A DNA stretch of 63,619 bases, filler included, from Sphacelaria rigidula (Eukaryota): assembly GCA_964200075.2 (NCBI GenBank). It is 10 parts of 10 records of this genome, joined end to end, with 100 filler letters (N's around TTAATTAATTAA, not from the genome) between each part and the next. Parts side by side here need not be neighbours in the genome. Positions count along the whole stretch, not along the records: positions 31,862 to 38,133 come from CAXNAA020021093.1; positions 38,234 to 44,505 come from CAXNAA020021094.1; positions 44,606 to 50,877 come from CAXNAA020021095.1; 7 more parts are not named here. One strand, 5' to 3'. Under the pieces are notes generated by a model, which saw only the letters and a list, made by a program, of their open reading frames with translations, had not been told where the DNA came from and did not search any database. Each line of letters starts with the position of its first letter. The first letter of the stretch is position 1. The position numbers and the translations under genes are program-made. Below are positions 36,541 to 49,257 of the stretch, in pieces.

Positions 36541-37699
36541 AGGGGTGTTTGAACTCCTATGCGGTTCCCTAAGCACGCGGTCCTCCCAAGCATTACAAAG
36601 TGTGCTGCGTGCGCTGAGCGCTACTCCCGTGGTTGGTTGTGTGTTTGGTCGTGGCAGAACGCTTCATCTGGCTGGAGTAGGGTGTGGGGTTGCCGGAAAT
36701 CCTGTGAACGCCCTGCAAATCGCGTTGTCCGCGGATTCTGGGGGTAGGGGGGCAAGAACGACGACGGCTTGATGTCCGACTATGGCATCTCGTTCAACTT
36801 CTGGCGGTAGTCGAGCGTTGGCAAACGCCACCCATATACTCCCGTTCGACGAGCGAAATGTTTCTCGGGCCCGATGGATCTCACGAGGGAAATCGCAAGA
36901 AGGAGTGCCGCGAGAAGTACCCCGGGCTTTGTTGGTCTCGGTAATTGCCCGGGGCGAACCTGAACGTGCACAAGCAGCACCATTCAAAGCTTGACAAGGA
37001 TTTTGCTAGCCTCACCGGTATGACTTTCGACGCGTTCACGCTTACCGCGATCTTATTGAACGAGCTGAAGAACGCCTCCATCACCCGGCGCTCATCAGTC
37101 TTGATGCTTGGATGCACCAAAAGTCACCCCACAGATTGCCATGCAGCTTGCTGCAACGAAGTGTAGAGCTCATTCGTTGGCTCAGGCACAAGATAGATGG
37201 TTCATATCGTTTATTGGAGAGTATCTCAGTAATGCTGGAACTCAGGAGAGTATTGTTGAGAAGAAGCAGAGAGTGACATGAGTTGGCTGTTACCACCCGC
37301 CGACTGTACTGTACCACATTTGCGGAGATCTATCCTACTGGATGCATCTGAACACACGAGTACGTCCCCTGGTCTGATACCTCGGTGCTTAAACCTCTAT
37401 CTCTTGAAAAAAGAATATGTAAGGAGGAAACTCGGCCTCTCGAGCGATCACCCCCTTCGCACAAACTCCAACGCTTGAGCTCAAAACGCAACAGCTCTCG
37501 TCGTAAACGCCCAGGTCAGGGCACATGCACATCACGTCGAGAAACGCCCTACAAATCCACGCCCCATGGAGTAGCGTGAGCGACTTCACCCGCGACTTCA
37601 CCCGACATACGTACAAATGCATTACGAAAACCATGACCTGACACGCCTAGAGCCAACAAATCGACAGACACGCATCACCAAAAAATGAGTTGCCCACAC

Positions 37700-38060
37700 A
37701 CCATCCCCCATATTCATCATGGCGCGTCGGTGCCTGTTGAACAGCGTGACTGGGCGCCGTTTCGCCAGGACATCAGCGTACTTCCACTTTGAATCTACGT
37801 GCACCATATATCAGGATTTTGTCTTTACCGAGTCCCGAATAAAATGTCATCCGACATCTATGTGCTTGCTGCGGCCTAAAATGAGCGCCTTTTGAGCCAT
37901 AGCCATAGCCCCTTTGTTGCCCTCATCAAAAGCACTAACACACTCTGCCGCACGCCCGAGCACAACGTTTTGTCGTAGTAAAGATAGAACTGCCCATGCA
38001 AACATACATTCCTTGCCCCCTTCGACCATCACAACACACCCGGCCTCGGTAGTGGAAACG
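37700..38060 (-). mobile_element. Degenerate Ty1/Copia RNase H C-terminus
   Basis: Minus strand reads STTEAG.V.M.EGGKE...DEGNKGAMAMA...RSKHIDVG*HFIRD...VHVDSKWKYADVLAK..PVTLFNRHRRAMMN. These are the canonical Copia STTEAEY / DN.GA / SKHIDVR.HFIR / ADILTK motifs. Confidence 0.9.
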
Positions 38061-38540
38061 TTAGAGGGAAATGTACCAATTAAGATACAGAGCCAATTAA
38101 GATACAAGTTGTTTTTAATCGTTCATATCAGATNNNNNNNNNNNNNNNNNNNNNNNNNNNNNNNNNNNNNNNNNNNNTTAATTAATTAANNNNNNNNNNN
38201 NNNNNNNNNNNNNNNNNNNNNNNNNNNNNNNNNGACTCATCATACTAAAACCAAGCAATTTCCAGACGAATCATCATTTGTCCGACCTTTGAAATGGTGT
38301 TTTGTAGAAGGGAATGCTGGCGCTTGCATCCACACATGCGGTGTATCATCATCTGTCCCGCGTGTCATCCTTCGTTCTCCGACACTGCTGCACTATACTG
38401 TACAATACTGTATTTCCTGGAACACGTGATCCTACCGAAATGTTCCGAAAGTCTCCCTCGCAACGCCGCTTCTTTCACAATCTGAAAACGGACTCTCTGA
38501 GAACTGCCCTTCTTGAGCCTTTCATCACGGATTTTTGCCG

Positions 38541-38865
38541 GAATACGGGCCTTGGCGGATTGGGCTTTACCCAGAAGATCCCCTCTGTTTTTCATGAGGA
38601 TTCTAGCACGCTTTCCCGATTTTCGTACGCCCACTTTTACTTTTGGCCGGATTTTGGATTTTTCAGTCCCCCCAAAACCTTTGAAGTGTCGGGAAAAGTA
38701 CGTTTTTTTTCCGGCATCTGGACGATTTTTGGGGTGCCTGAAAAGATCCAGAATCCGGCCAAAGGCAAAACTAGGCGTACGAAAAATCGGGGAATTGCGC
38801 TAGAATCCTCGTGGAAAACATGGCAAATCTTTCCGGGGAGGCCGAATCCGCCAAGGCCCGTATTC
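38541..38865. mobile_element. Palindromic MITE, 325 bp, TIR GAATACGGGCCTTGGCGGATT
   Basis: Perfect 21-bp terminal inverted repeats, with imperfect complementarity continuing almost to the centre. Confidence 0.9.
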
Positions 38866-40149
38866 TGAGTATGAAAATTACATCGGGTGTTAACCCTTAG
38901 ACGACGAGAGTCGCCTGGGAACAGTTGTACAGACTGACAGTTCCGAGACATCCGGGGGTTTCCATATCTAGGGGGGGGCGGGGGGGTTGAGGGGGGGGCT
39001 GTCTGTACGCAGAGCACCGGAGAAGCTCACGGAGTCAACCATGTGTGTTTGAAAGTTTCCCTCAGAAAATTATGAGCCGTGCGCGAGACCCGAAAGGCGC
39101 GGGATGACCATTCTGACCAATCACGGTCGTCACAACGACTTTTGGTTACGGTAGAGGTAGACACCTGGTAGACACATTCTCTCATAACCCATTTTGATCA
39201 TTCCTAATCAACCATAGATTATATAACCAACACGCAGGTGTTGAGCATTTTCGGAAGACTGTGCGTGTCTGTCTGTTCAGTACTGCCTGAGCGTTGTACT
39301 AGCTCCACACCTCCATCTGGTATCGAACGTCATGGCGCAATACGCGAGCGGCGGCCACGAGTACCCGACGCACGTAGATGTAGACAAGGTACTTCGACGG
39401 TGAGGCGACCGCCATCGCCGAGCAATGGCTCTACGGCACTCAGGGGCGTTCGCGGCGGTAGTCATGGTGCCATATCCAAACGCATGCTGCGTACACTCGT
39501 CACGTTCAACACTGTAAGATCCAGTACGCCGCAGACCGCACGTGCAGCCGCGGCACGATACACTACAGCCTGCACAGCAAAAATATGAGGCTTAGTAATC
39601 AGGTGGTCGATAACCACACCACCGTCTGTGTTATGACGCAACGATGTACTTGTTATGCACTCGCGGTCCCTTCCGCCGTAGTGTAGGCATTTTGAGTCGT
39701 GACAAAAGAGTGATTCTGAACCCAAAAAGTGTAGTGTCTACCTCAGTCCACGAGCGGGGGGGTCGCTGTCTAAGGGTTAGAGATCAGAATCTGTCTCCTT
39801 TTTTTCCCCTACAGTTTTGCCACTTTTTTTCACGTTTTGTTCCCCCACAAGCAGTCATGTTCTACAACGAAATTGGTTCGTCCAACAGCCCCAGAACAAG
39901 AGCAGTCTGTAGAAAGCGTTGAAGAACTTATAAGAATCACTCGCGCGTGCTGAAAAATGAGATACGGGGGGAGGGGGAAGGGAGGGGGGTAATGCGTGTC
40001 CAATCACACATTGACGTGGTTCCCGAATCTCTTTTCTCCGTCCCCGACAAGACACGGTCGTAGCCAAGGTGCATCGGAGCAGGTTGCCTCAGGAGTCATA
40101 GCCCAAAAACCTTGGAAATCGGAGAAACAGAGGCGAAAGGGCGGGGCAG

Positions 40150-41290
40150 GGGGGTACTCATTTCTTGCTTGTCTTGGTCGTTTGACTATTGACCACGCAT
40201 CCCTTTCAAGACGGAGCACCGTTCCTACTCCTAATAGAAACACCTCCAACATTTGGGTGTTCATTCCGTTTCTTCCATACGTCACACAAAATATTTTATA
40301 TCGCATCCCCTTCCCGTCTGTGGCCACCGTCTATCTTCTGGTAGAGCCATCGTTCTCTCGCTGCTGTGTAATGCATGAAATGATTTATGCCGCCTTCGTT
40401 CACTTCCCACATTTCCTCCTCTAGCACGTCCCGTTCCTCCTTGTACAGTACACATTATGTCACTGTATGAGTGCTATTCTCTACTGCTTAGCCACAGGGG
40501 CAATTCTGTGCATCTACTTCCTCCTCCGCTCGACTACTGCTATGTCTCTTCCTTCTTTCCGGCAGGTCCAGGTCCCCCACCCGAAATAGCAGTTTCATTT
40601 TTGTCGCGGAGTTTCTGGGCCATGCAGACATAATTTCGTTTCATCCGCACCGCCTTTCTTAACCCGCCGTATACCTTCATGTGTCCTTCCTCTTCTACTT
40701 TGCGTCGTAGCGTTCATTTTGCCGTCATGTCTAGCTTGTCTCTTCCTCGTGTCTTGTACCCCCAGCCTTCACCTTTGGGCTTTATCTCGTTTTGGTTTCC
40801 TCCTACTGCATCCCCTTCCATAATTTCTCGACTTCTCTATCCCGCCTTTTTCCAGCCTGCCCGTTCGTCATTTTCTTCCTACAGTCATATCAACTATGGT
40901 TGGCGATCTCTTTTTTGGCATGCTCTTTACGCTATATTGCATTTCAACTTCCTCATGTCCCGGTTTGTTTCAAGTAGGTACATTCCCAAGTCTGATCTCA
41001 ATACTGTACTACTCGTCGTTTTTTAGTATCCGAGTAATTCTTAGCTGCTGTCATCGGTACTGTTTCTAGCTTCTCAATCAACTTCGCGTTTCCTTCCCGT
41101 AGTTCCCCTGCATATTCTAGCGTCGGTACACGAACATTGCTCAAAATGCATCTCTTATTCCCAGCTCGAGTCCTCGTCTCTTAGATTCACGTCCATGTTG
41201 CCTCATCTGTACCTTCCCCTTTCCTGTTACTCCATCTGTGCTTGCATCCCAAGAACAGTCTTCTAATATCTTCACGCCAAGTTAATGCTT
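40150..41290 (-). mobile_element. 5'-truncated, degenerate non-LTR retrotransposon (LINE, family B): end of RT, thumb region and CCHC knuckle, ending in a C-rich tail
   Basis: Minus-strand translation across frameshifts gives LGVKILEDCSWDA, STVLRSDLGMYLLETNRDMRKLK, VYGGLR, FRVGDLDLPERRKR, NCPCG.AVE..TH, YKEERDVLEE, VWKKRNEHPNVGGVSIRSRNGAPS*KGCVVNSQTTKTSKK*. The stop is followed by gta and then a C tract. Confidence 0.88.
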
Positions 41291-41899
41291 ATCGGCCATT
41301 CCTCCTCTCCCCACTTCCAAGATGAGAAGCCAGGAGAATTGAAATGGAACGAGGCGCGGTGCGGGTACCATGACTTCACGGACCCCTACCCCTCGAGACT
41401 GTGATTTCGATAACGCCCCCTATTCGCTTCTCTTCTGTCGTCCTTAACCCTAATCCTCTGGAGGTGGGGAGGGGGGGCGGGTGGAATAGTTATTTTGGTG
41501 ACGAGGCATTGTCTGCATATGGAGGGCCGTGGTCAGGCATACCTGACATCCTGCTGCACGCCTTGTAACTGAAACTCGTGGCTGTGCAATACTCCCGCCG
41601 CCAAGCGTCCATGCCCTTTGAGCGTCCATCTGCGCCTGCAAGAAACACCTTCCAGAAAAAGATTTTAAAAAAAGTGCGGGACTGTCAGTGGGGAAAATCC
41701 CAGAACAGAAAAATTGCTCGTTACACGTACACACATGAAGGAAAAGCAGACCAGGACTTCTCTGTACTTAGTGTGCATTGGCACTTGATATGGTGAGATG
41801 CGCCCGCCGACTGAGGATGGCTGCATCAGATTTGTACAATTCGACCACCCTCTGCTCCTCGCCCGCTTCCTGCGCTCCCGCCCCTCCCGAAACGGACAG

Positions 41900-44381
41900 A
41901 TGGACGACCCGGCGGGGTGCACAGCGCTTGTGCTCTACGCCGGCGATGAAGCTGCCCCCGCCGCCGACAACACCCCCCCACATTCTCAAAATGACGCCGC
42001 CTTGGTCAGCTCCGCCGGAACCGCTGGAGACGAGGGGGGCGCCGATGAAGGAGGTGGCGGCAGCGGAACCCTCAGTGCAGCGTCGGGAGTGGCGGCGGCG
42101 GCGGGGACCGTGGCGGCAGTGACAGCGGTGAAGTCAGTGCCCGAACCGGAGCCGAGGCGCTTCGTGGGCCTTTCAAATCAGGGCGCGACGTGCTACATGA
42201 ACAGCCTGTTGCAGACATTGTACATGACGCCGGAGGTGTGTGGGGGGTGGGGGGTGTACTCATGGTCTTGCATGCGAGGGGGGGGGGGGGGGGGGGGGGG
42301 CACGTACCGTGTTCTTGGGTGAGGCTTTGGCTGCCATATTGTGTAAATGTGCATTGCCGACCAGGGTTGAGGGTTGATTCCGGGTGCCGTGTGTGTTACT
42401 GGATGGCTGCGGTACAAACTCGAGAAGGGGTATGTGTGGATGGTGCCAAATGGTGCCAAATGGTGCCAATTACAGCCAGTCTCTGTTTACCCCGTTTCCC
42501 TTCCCCTCTGCCCTTTCTCTCCCTTCGCCCGCCTTCCGTGAGAGCATATATATCCGCGGTCGTCAAGGCCACGTTTTTGAGAAGTTTATTCACCCTTTCG
42601 GGACCGGACCCCCACCAACAAGGTGTGGGCGTCCCTCGTGAATTGGCACCATATTGACTTGAAAAACGACTGAAAATGATACCCTTTCACAAGTGGACCA
42701 GCGCTCGCAGTCAAAGAGATATGCTCCTGGTTAGTTGGGGTCCGGTCCCAAAAGGGCTAAGTGGTTACCAATTGATAGATAACACATCATATTATGTGAA
42801 TAAAGCATTGAGCAACTTGCATTTGGGCGGCGGGGGGGGGGGGAGACGAAAAATACCCCTCCCCGGGGATAGTTTCTACCGTGAATTTTAGGGCGGTATC
42901 CACGGTCTCGGCCTATAGTGTGAGAATGACCACGCTTTGGCATGATATGAGAGTATGTTTGAGATACGGGAAACATGAAAAAATGAAGGAACATAAGTCA
43001 GTTACGTGGGCATTTCACACTCTGAACAATAAAAAATACTGTCAACAAGTGTACTGTGTACAGTATCGCCTAATACGCCTATTGCAGCAGACAACAGATT
43101 CCATACTGTACGCAGTACGTTTTTTACGGCAAGATCACTGTCCAGGGTGGGGGGCATTTACACACGAATGGCGATACCTTCCTGCTTTATGGACTCTCTT
43201 TCTCCCCATCTCCTTTCTCGGGGATAATTCCAACGCATCCCCTCTCCGAACTTTCTCGGTGAGAAAGGGGGTGTTATCCGACGTGTGAGCTATTAGCGGC
43301 CGGACAACAATGACTATGAACATGTAAGCAGTACCTAAGAAAGCCTGCAACCCGAAGTAGTGTAACCTTTTGTTTTTCTTGAACGGGATTACAGACACCT
43401 CGGGGAAGATCTTGTCCTATCCCCTCCCTAAGCGTTTGTTTCTCCCTCTCGTGTTTTTGCGGTAACCGTGATGGTGGTCGAGTCAGATCATATCGTGCGG
43501 GGTGGGATAACCTCATCTCCGCTCAAACAGAATGATCGAACTACGTAGTGCTTGAATGATGAGACATCCATGACGCAGTGTAAGCCGTGGCTGTCTCTGG
43601 AAGTGGCTGTACCAGAAAGTAAAGCAGCTCATGAGGTTGCCATCCATGTGGAAGATGATCACCACGGCTCATGCTGAACAATCTCAGCAGGATGCAGCTC
43701 ATCCCCCATGCGACTAACGGCGCTTCGTGGTTGGTCAATGCGAGCCTAGTCCCGCGAAAACCCGGTGTGCTCCGTCTCGGCTTTGCAGGGACGCGAGGTC
43801 AGTGGTCATATGACCCCTGCATGCAAGATCGTGAATACCCTCCTCTCTTGAGTCCGTGCTGGAGTCATAATTTACCGTCAGAGTCTGTTCGATACGAGTG
43901 GCAATGCCTGTGGGCTCGCGAGCCTCACAGAACTTACAGAACTGTCCGGCGTACGGTATTACTGCTGTACAGAAAAACACGGATCTATAGACCGTGCCCC
44001 TCTCCTCTATGACTACGGAAACGTTTCGCTTACTCACACATGCGCACACACAGACACTGCTCACCCAGCGTACGTACGGCACGAATATATATATAGTATA
44101 TATATATATAGCACGCCCCAGCACTTACGTCATATTTCCGCCACTGCTTGACGTGACAGTTTCGAGCAGCGCTGTACGCGTGGCAACACGAAGAACCTTC
44201 GTCCAACTCCATTGAGGGGGGAAACTCGGCGGCGGCGGCGCCAACGGGGGAGGGGGAGGCGGAAGACCCGAGCGAGAGCATCCCTTTGCAGCTGCAGCGG
44301 CTCTTCGGGCAGTTACAGATGAGCGACCGAACCTGCGTGGAGACACGAGCGCTCACGGATAGCTTCGGTTGGACCGCGCAG
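41900..44381 (+). CDS. Ubiquitin carboxyl-terminal hydrolase (peptidase C19, USP7/USP47/USP40-like), 5' part. Exons 41900-42235, 44160-44381
   Basis: Cys box FVGLSNQGATCYMNSLLQTLYMTPE splices (GT-AG, phase 0) to FRAALYAW...SIPLQLQRLFGQLQMSDRTCVETRALTDSFGW, typical of the USP7/47 subfamily. Confidence 0.93.
42256..42277 (-). mobile_element. Minimal (about 22 bp) 3'-terminal stub of family A embedded in a poly(G) tract
   Basis: ggggggtgggggt-gtactcatggtcttgcatgcga-G run; the reverse complement gcatgcaagaccatgagtac matches the family A terminus gcatgcaagatcatgagtac. Confidence 0.75.
42593..42756. mobile_element. piggyBac-like MITE (164 bp)
   Basis: TIRs ccctttcgggaccggacccc / ggggtccggtcccaaaaggg with CCC..GGG ends. 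Flanks ttca and ctaa are each one mismatch from a TTAA TSD. Confidence 0.75.
43450..43843 (+). mobile_element. Family A, long diverged copy (intronic)
   Basis: Colinear with 58610-59023 from g.taac..tgatg...gcgggg..gg...ctccgc through gcatgcaagatcgtgaataccc. Confidence 0.85.
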
Positions 44382-47300
44382 GTTAAATTGTCGTGCACAC
44401 GTTGGGGGGGAGGGGGGGGGGGGGGGGCATAGAGAGGAAGAGCGTGGTGTAGGGAGGGGGTGTAGATCACGGTGGTCCACGTAGCATGAAAGCAGAAAAG
44501 AAAAANNNNNNNNNNNNNNNNNNNNNNNNNNNNNNNNNNNNNNNNNNNNTTAATTAATTAANNNNNNNNNNNNNNNNNNNNNNNNNNNNNNNNNNNNNNN
44601 NNNNNGTGCAAGACAGATATGCCACTTCAGCCCCATATTTTGTTTGAACCCCAAAATATAAAATCGGCTGTTATTAGCTGTTTGACTGTTGACTACGAAT
44701 CCCTTTCAAGACGGAACAATAGGGGGGGGGGGAGAATTAAACCAACAGTCGCGGGTGTGCAGCAAACCGGAGGAAGGGACTTTGCCTTCCGTCTATCACT
44801 CGTGATCCTGTGTCGCTCCAGTAAGCGCCACAAACAATCATGCCGGTCGCATAAGCAATCTGAATTTGGTTGAGAGTTTTGCACAAGCGCAGCCGGGCGT
44901 ATGTCATCACCATTCGCACACGACTCCAGAAATAGCCGAGCCTCCGGAATTCGTGCCGCGCCAAGATGACGCCAGGCATTGATTGCCTTTGCCGGGTCCT
45001 GGTCGATGGCAGGCAAAGCACAGTCGCGATACCGGGTCGTGTATCCGACCGCAAGAGGAGCATGTGTTGTATGCGTCATCGACGACGGGGAACTGGATGT
45101 CACACACATCATAACAAATCTGCTTATGTCTTCCCCCCCCCCTCATACTACAAACCGGGGTAGACCCTGCCGGCGCAGAACTCACCCTCCTGCAGCCATC
45201 ACAATTGCCGGGGGTACCTTGAGAGCTACTGCGCGCGTCGACGTCCTCCCTCTTTCACCGCGCGCGCGATGTCCACCTCGGGGGTGGTGTTCGGCGGTCG
45301 GGATTCCTCATTAGCTCGCTCGCAACCCCGTTCGTAAGCGCCCACGCTACCTGCGCTTGTCCCGAAGCCTCTAAACATGAACTGCAAGACCTTCAACTCG
45401 ACACCGGTCGACCCCAGGGTGGCAGCATATGAAGCCTTCTTCTTTTTCTGCTTCGATTTCGACGCCGACGCGCCTCCAGGAGTTGGTTGCGAGGTGCATA
45501 GTCAGCCTCGTCGCTTGTCACGGTGTCCCGACGGCTTGGAAAATCCCCCCGATAACCCCCGAGTAGGACCCCGTCTTGCGTTATATGGGGATGCGGATCT
45601 CGGCGCTTCCTCTGGAGAGTGTAAGTCGAAGAGGGGCACTTTCGTATCTCGTGGCTGGGGTGCCACGATACAAACTCTGCGGTGCAGCTGGTCACGGCTA
45701 GCAAAGCAGGTCCGTATACAAAAACAAACTGGAAGAAAAGTATACACAATTGTTTTTATTATATATTATCACAGCGCTGAAGGCTCAACACCAGATAACC
45801 AATACACAAATATGCTCGACACCAAATATGCTCAATCACCCTGGAAAGCAATACACAAAGCTCAACACAACAAACTCACTAACTGCTGAAACCCGTAAGA
45901 CGACGGTGGAAGCAGGAGTAGAAAAGTGGAGTAAGAAGCTGAAGTCGAGGGGAGCAAGGTGAAGAAAGGTGGAGTAAGGTGGAGTGGGGCAAGTGGGTTG
46001 CGTATCAACCTCATCAAGCCCACAGAGCATAATTTCCCATGACCGAAAATGCAACTAGCCAACGTACCTCAAACACATGATAGACCACACTCCAGTTGTT
46101 TCACAGCGCCACATTTCAGCCTGATCCACAGTCCACATCTCGGGCTAGTAATCCACCACACAATCGCTTCCTCATATGTCGAATCATAGCCACACTCCTT
46201 CATGGTTAGACATCCTTCCAACTTATCGGTTTCATCATGCCCTCATGTGAAACAAAGCACCGAAATACCTGACAATTATCCGTGACCATAGTACGCCTGT
46301 TTGACCGTCACATTCAGGGTACAATCAACTATCATACACCTGCGGGGAAATTGGTGCGGGTAAAATCGATTAGAGTGTATTGTCAGCAGCAGAACTTCGT
46401 TTACCTCGTTTTTGTGCTGTGCCACAGCTTTCTGTTGTTCATGCCATACTTCCCATGCGCTGTCAACCTTCGGGTGATTCGTTGCGGTCCTCTTCCGTCT
46501 CTATGTACGTATGTGAGCATGCGGGGGTGTGCCTCCGCCGGAGTTGGGCGGGGTACGTCTTTTCTTGGTCTTGGCTGGCGGAGTTGAAGTCTGTATCTTC
46601 ACGACTTTATCACCGGCAGCTCTCCCGCCCTCGCGGGAGGTGTTATGCACTTCCTTGAGAGGCACCGTCGGCGGATTCCATGGTGACACCTCCCATGTAG
46701 TGTTTTCCGACGCCGAGTTAGTGGAGATTTCACAAGTCGCGCCTTCCTTTCCCTATCGAAATTTGAAGTTATTACGTTCTGCGCTCGAACGATCGTTGCA
46801 CCCCTCCAACCTCTGTTTTTGTACTGATGCGCCATCAGTGGACGCCGTGGACGCCTCCGACGCACTGAACAGTACAGCCGCCCCATCCCTTCCGTACAAA
46901 AGGAGGCTCAGCCACTTTTGTGGTTTGACTCGTTCGCCAGGGTGACCCTCGGCGATGTCCCTCAGATTTTCTACCGGCGCTGTACGTTCGGAGTGCGTGA
47001 GTGTAGGTCTGCCTTTGACCGCGGATGTGGCATGTGTCGGACGGGATGGCGGAGACAGAGGTGCTGGCGCCTCACTTCCTGTCCGGAAGAGACGGAATAC
47101 GATAGATGGGCACAACATGGCAGCCATGTGGTCTAGCTCGTTAGATTGTAAAGGGTCGAGGGTTCGTGTGAAAGGACGATCTCTCGAAATATAGGCATCC
47201 TCAATGTCGTTCAAAAGTCACAATCATCAGCGAGGACAAGGGGAAAGCAGTCGGATGCGCGGGATCTTCAGCACTTCTACTTCGCGCGGCATAAGTGCTC

Positions 47301-47814
47301 TCGCCTCGAGACCGATTGCGGTGCCGTATCGCATGTTCGATCTGCCCCGGCCGGCGTCCCAGAAGTGCTCCCGACGTTGCACCTCAACGTCAGTCTTGGT
47401 GTCCTTCTACATCTACGGTTAGCGAATGTGTCGGGGAGTGGATGCGTATAGGATTATACGTCAAATCTTTCGATCACAGGTGCCGTCCCACGACAACGGG
47501 GTTTTGGTTGCTGCTCCATCAAATCTCATGATCACTGTAGGCGATCGTCGTACTGTTGTATTGTTCAACTTCACAACTCGAAATCTACGTCGACGTACGC
47601 TCGAATGATCTCGCTCCACGTAGGAGGTCGTTGAAACCCGGGCGCATGTTCTCAATATGCGATCGCTGGCGAATAAAAAGGCACCAGGTGGGATTAATAC
47701 CTTCCTTCATCTAGTGCGTAACCCACAGAATAACACATAACCCACGGCCGCATGTTGCATATCGTGAATCCTGATGGCTTCGACATGACCGTCATATCCG
47801 CACTACAGTAGGAC

Positions 47815-48167
47815 TGTGTGTGTTGTGTTGTCGTCCTATCTATTCTGGACGCCGGTCTACACCTTTCGGTATATGTGGGCGCACCAGCCGGGGTCACACA
47901 GGAGGAAAGTCAACACACGAGCTTTTTATTTTTCATTCGTTTTTAGTACCCCACCTTCCTCCTACGGTGCTTGCCTTTCTTTTTTCACGAGAGGGGTTCA
48001 GCTGTCCCTTTCCCTCGTCGATCGTCAAGTCGAATTTTATGTACCCACGACATAATCGCTCTCCACTGTTGGGCATGGTGTGAGAAACAATCCCAGATTG
48101 CTCCGACAACTGAACCCACGACCCAACCGTCAGAAGGTTTCGAGGTTACCAACTGAGCCACCGGGGC
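47815..48167 (-). mobile_element. Full-length tRNA-derived SINE with (CA)n-type tail
   Basis: Minus strand: gccccggtggctcagttggtaa (A box) ... gtgggttcag (B-box-like) ... ccccggctggtgcgcccacatataccgaaagg..tagaccggcgtcca + caacacacac. Second copy at 57628-57912. Confidence 0.85.
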
Positions 48168-49257
48168 GACCGGCTCTAGGACTGTACAGTATACTTGTAT
48201 TGTTTCTTCTTGCAGTCGGCGCTGTTCATACCCAAGCACTACACTTCACAGACTGTACAACACTCTGTGCTGCACCACACTTCACTGAACGAGGTTGCGC
48301 AGTTCTGTGCTACACTACGATGCACGGTATTGTGCTGCTCGGGCCTGTACTGCACTGGGGTAAACAGCTTGTAAAACAGGGAGGGGGCTACCCACTGCAC
48401 CCATGTGCTGGTGCGGAACAAAATTTGAACCTTATAAAACTTCAGTCACGTCGTATATTTTTCGGTACCGATGGATTGCAGTGAATTATTTTGCAACAGA
48501 CAGTTTACTTTCTTTATATGGTGGAACATTTCTCTATATCTCTACCGGCGGTGTAGACCGAGCGCCGTGCCCTCCCATAACACCGTACAGAAACGATCCT
48601 ATCCCGTCCGGAGAAGCTCTTGTTCCTGTTGACCGCTCTGGGCTGTCCGTAAACCGTTTGCGGATCTTGGTACCTCGGGGAATCTACCGCCCAATTGAGC
48701 CCCTTTCTGCATTTTGATCTCAACATTGAGACCTGGTATCACCACCTGATATCCGTGGCTCCTCAGTTGAGGCCCCCCCCCCACCAGGGTCTTGGTCTGA
48801 CTTCCGCTCTACCTCTTGAACCGACGAACGAGTTATAGCGGCTCCTCAAGCCTTTGGTAACTCTGCTTCGTCACGAGGCCACATCGTAGCGAGCGTGCTC
48901 AAATCCTCATCCTCACCCTGGATATGAGTCAGGCTTAACAAACCTTCCGCTTCCATTTGATAGAACCACCTTCATCATCCACGGATGAACGAAATTAACC
49001 GCAACCTATGGCATAGCGTCGATATTCACCGGGGTGGTGTCTGGCGGAAACACTCTCAATCATCAACGGCGTAAAATATGATGAGTCCAGTAACATGGAC
49101 AGCTACGCTTCACCAGTATAATAATAGCGAACAAAAATTAAAGCGGAAGGAGAACGAAGGGAACAGCAGTATAACTAGACAAAACAGGTTCACGCGTGTG
49201 CATTTGTCCAGGGTATCACGTGTCGGGGACAGCCAGGTATAAATTCATGGATTCCCA

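Noticed and set aside
48090..48167. Functional tRNA genes (also 35049-35115, 61050-61129, 10190-10280)
   Set aside because: A/B-box-like motifs are present, but the acceptor and T stems do not close, and most continue into a repeated body and tail. They are SINE heads.
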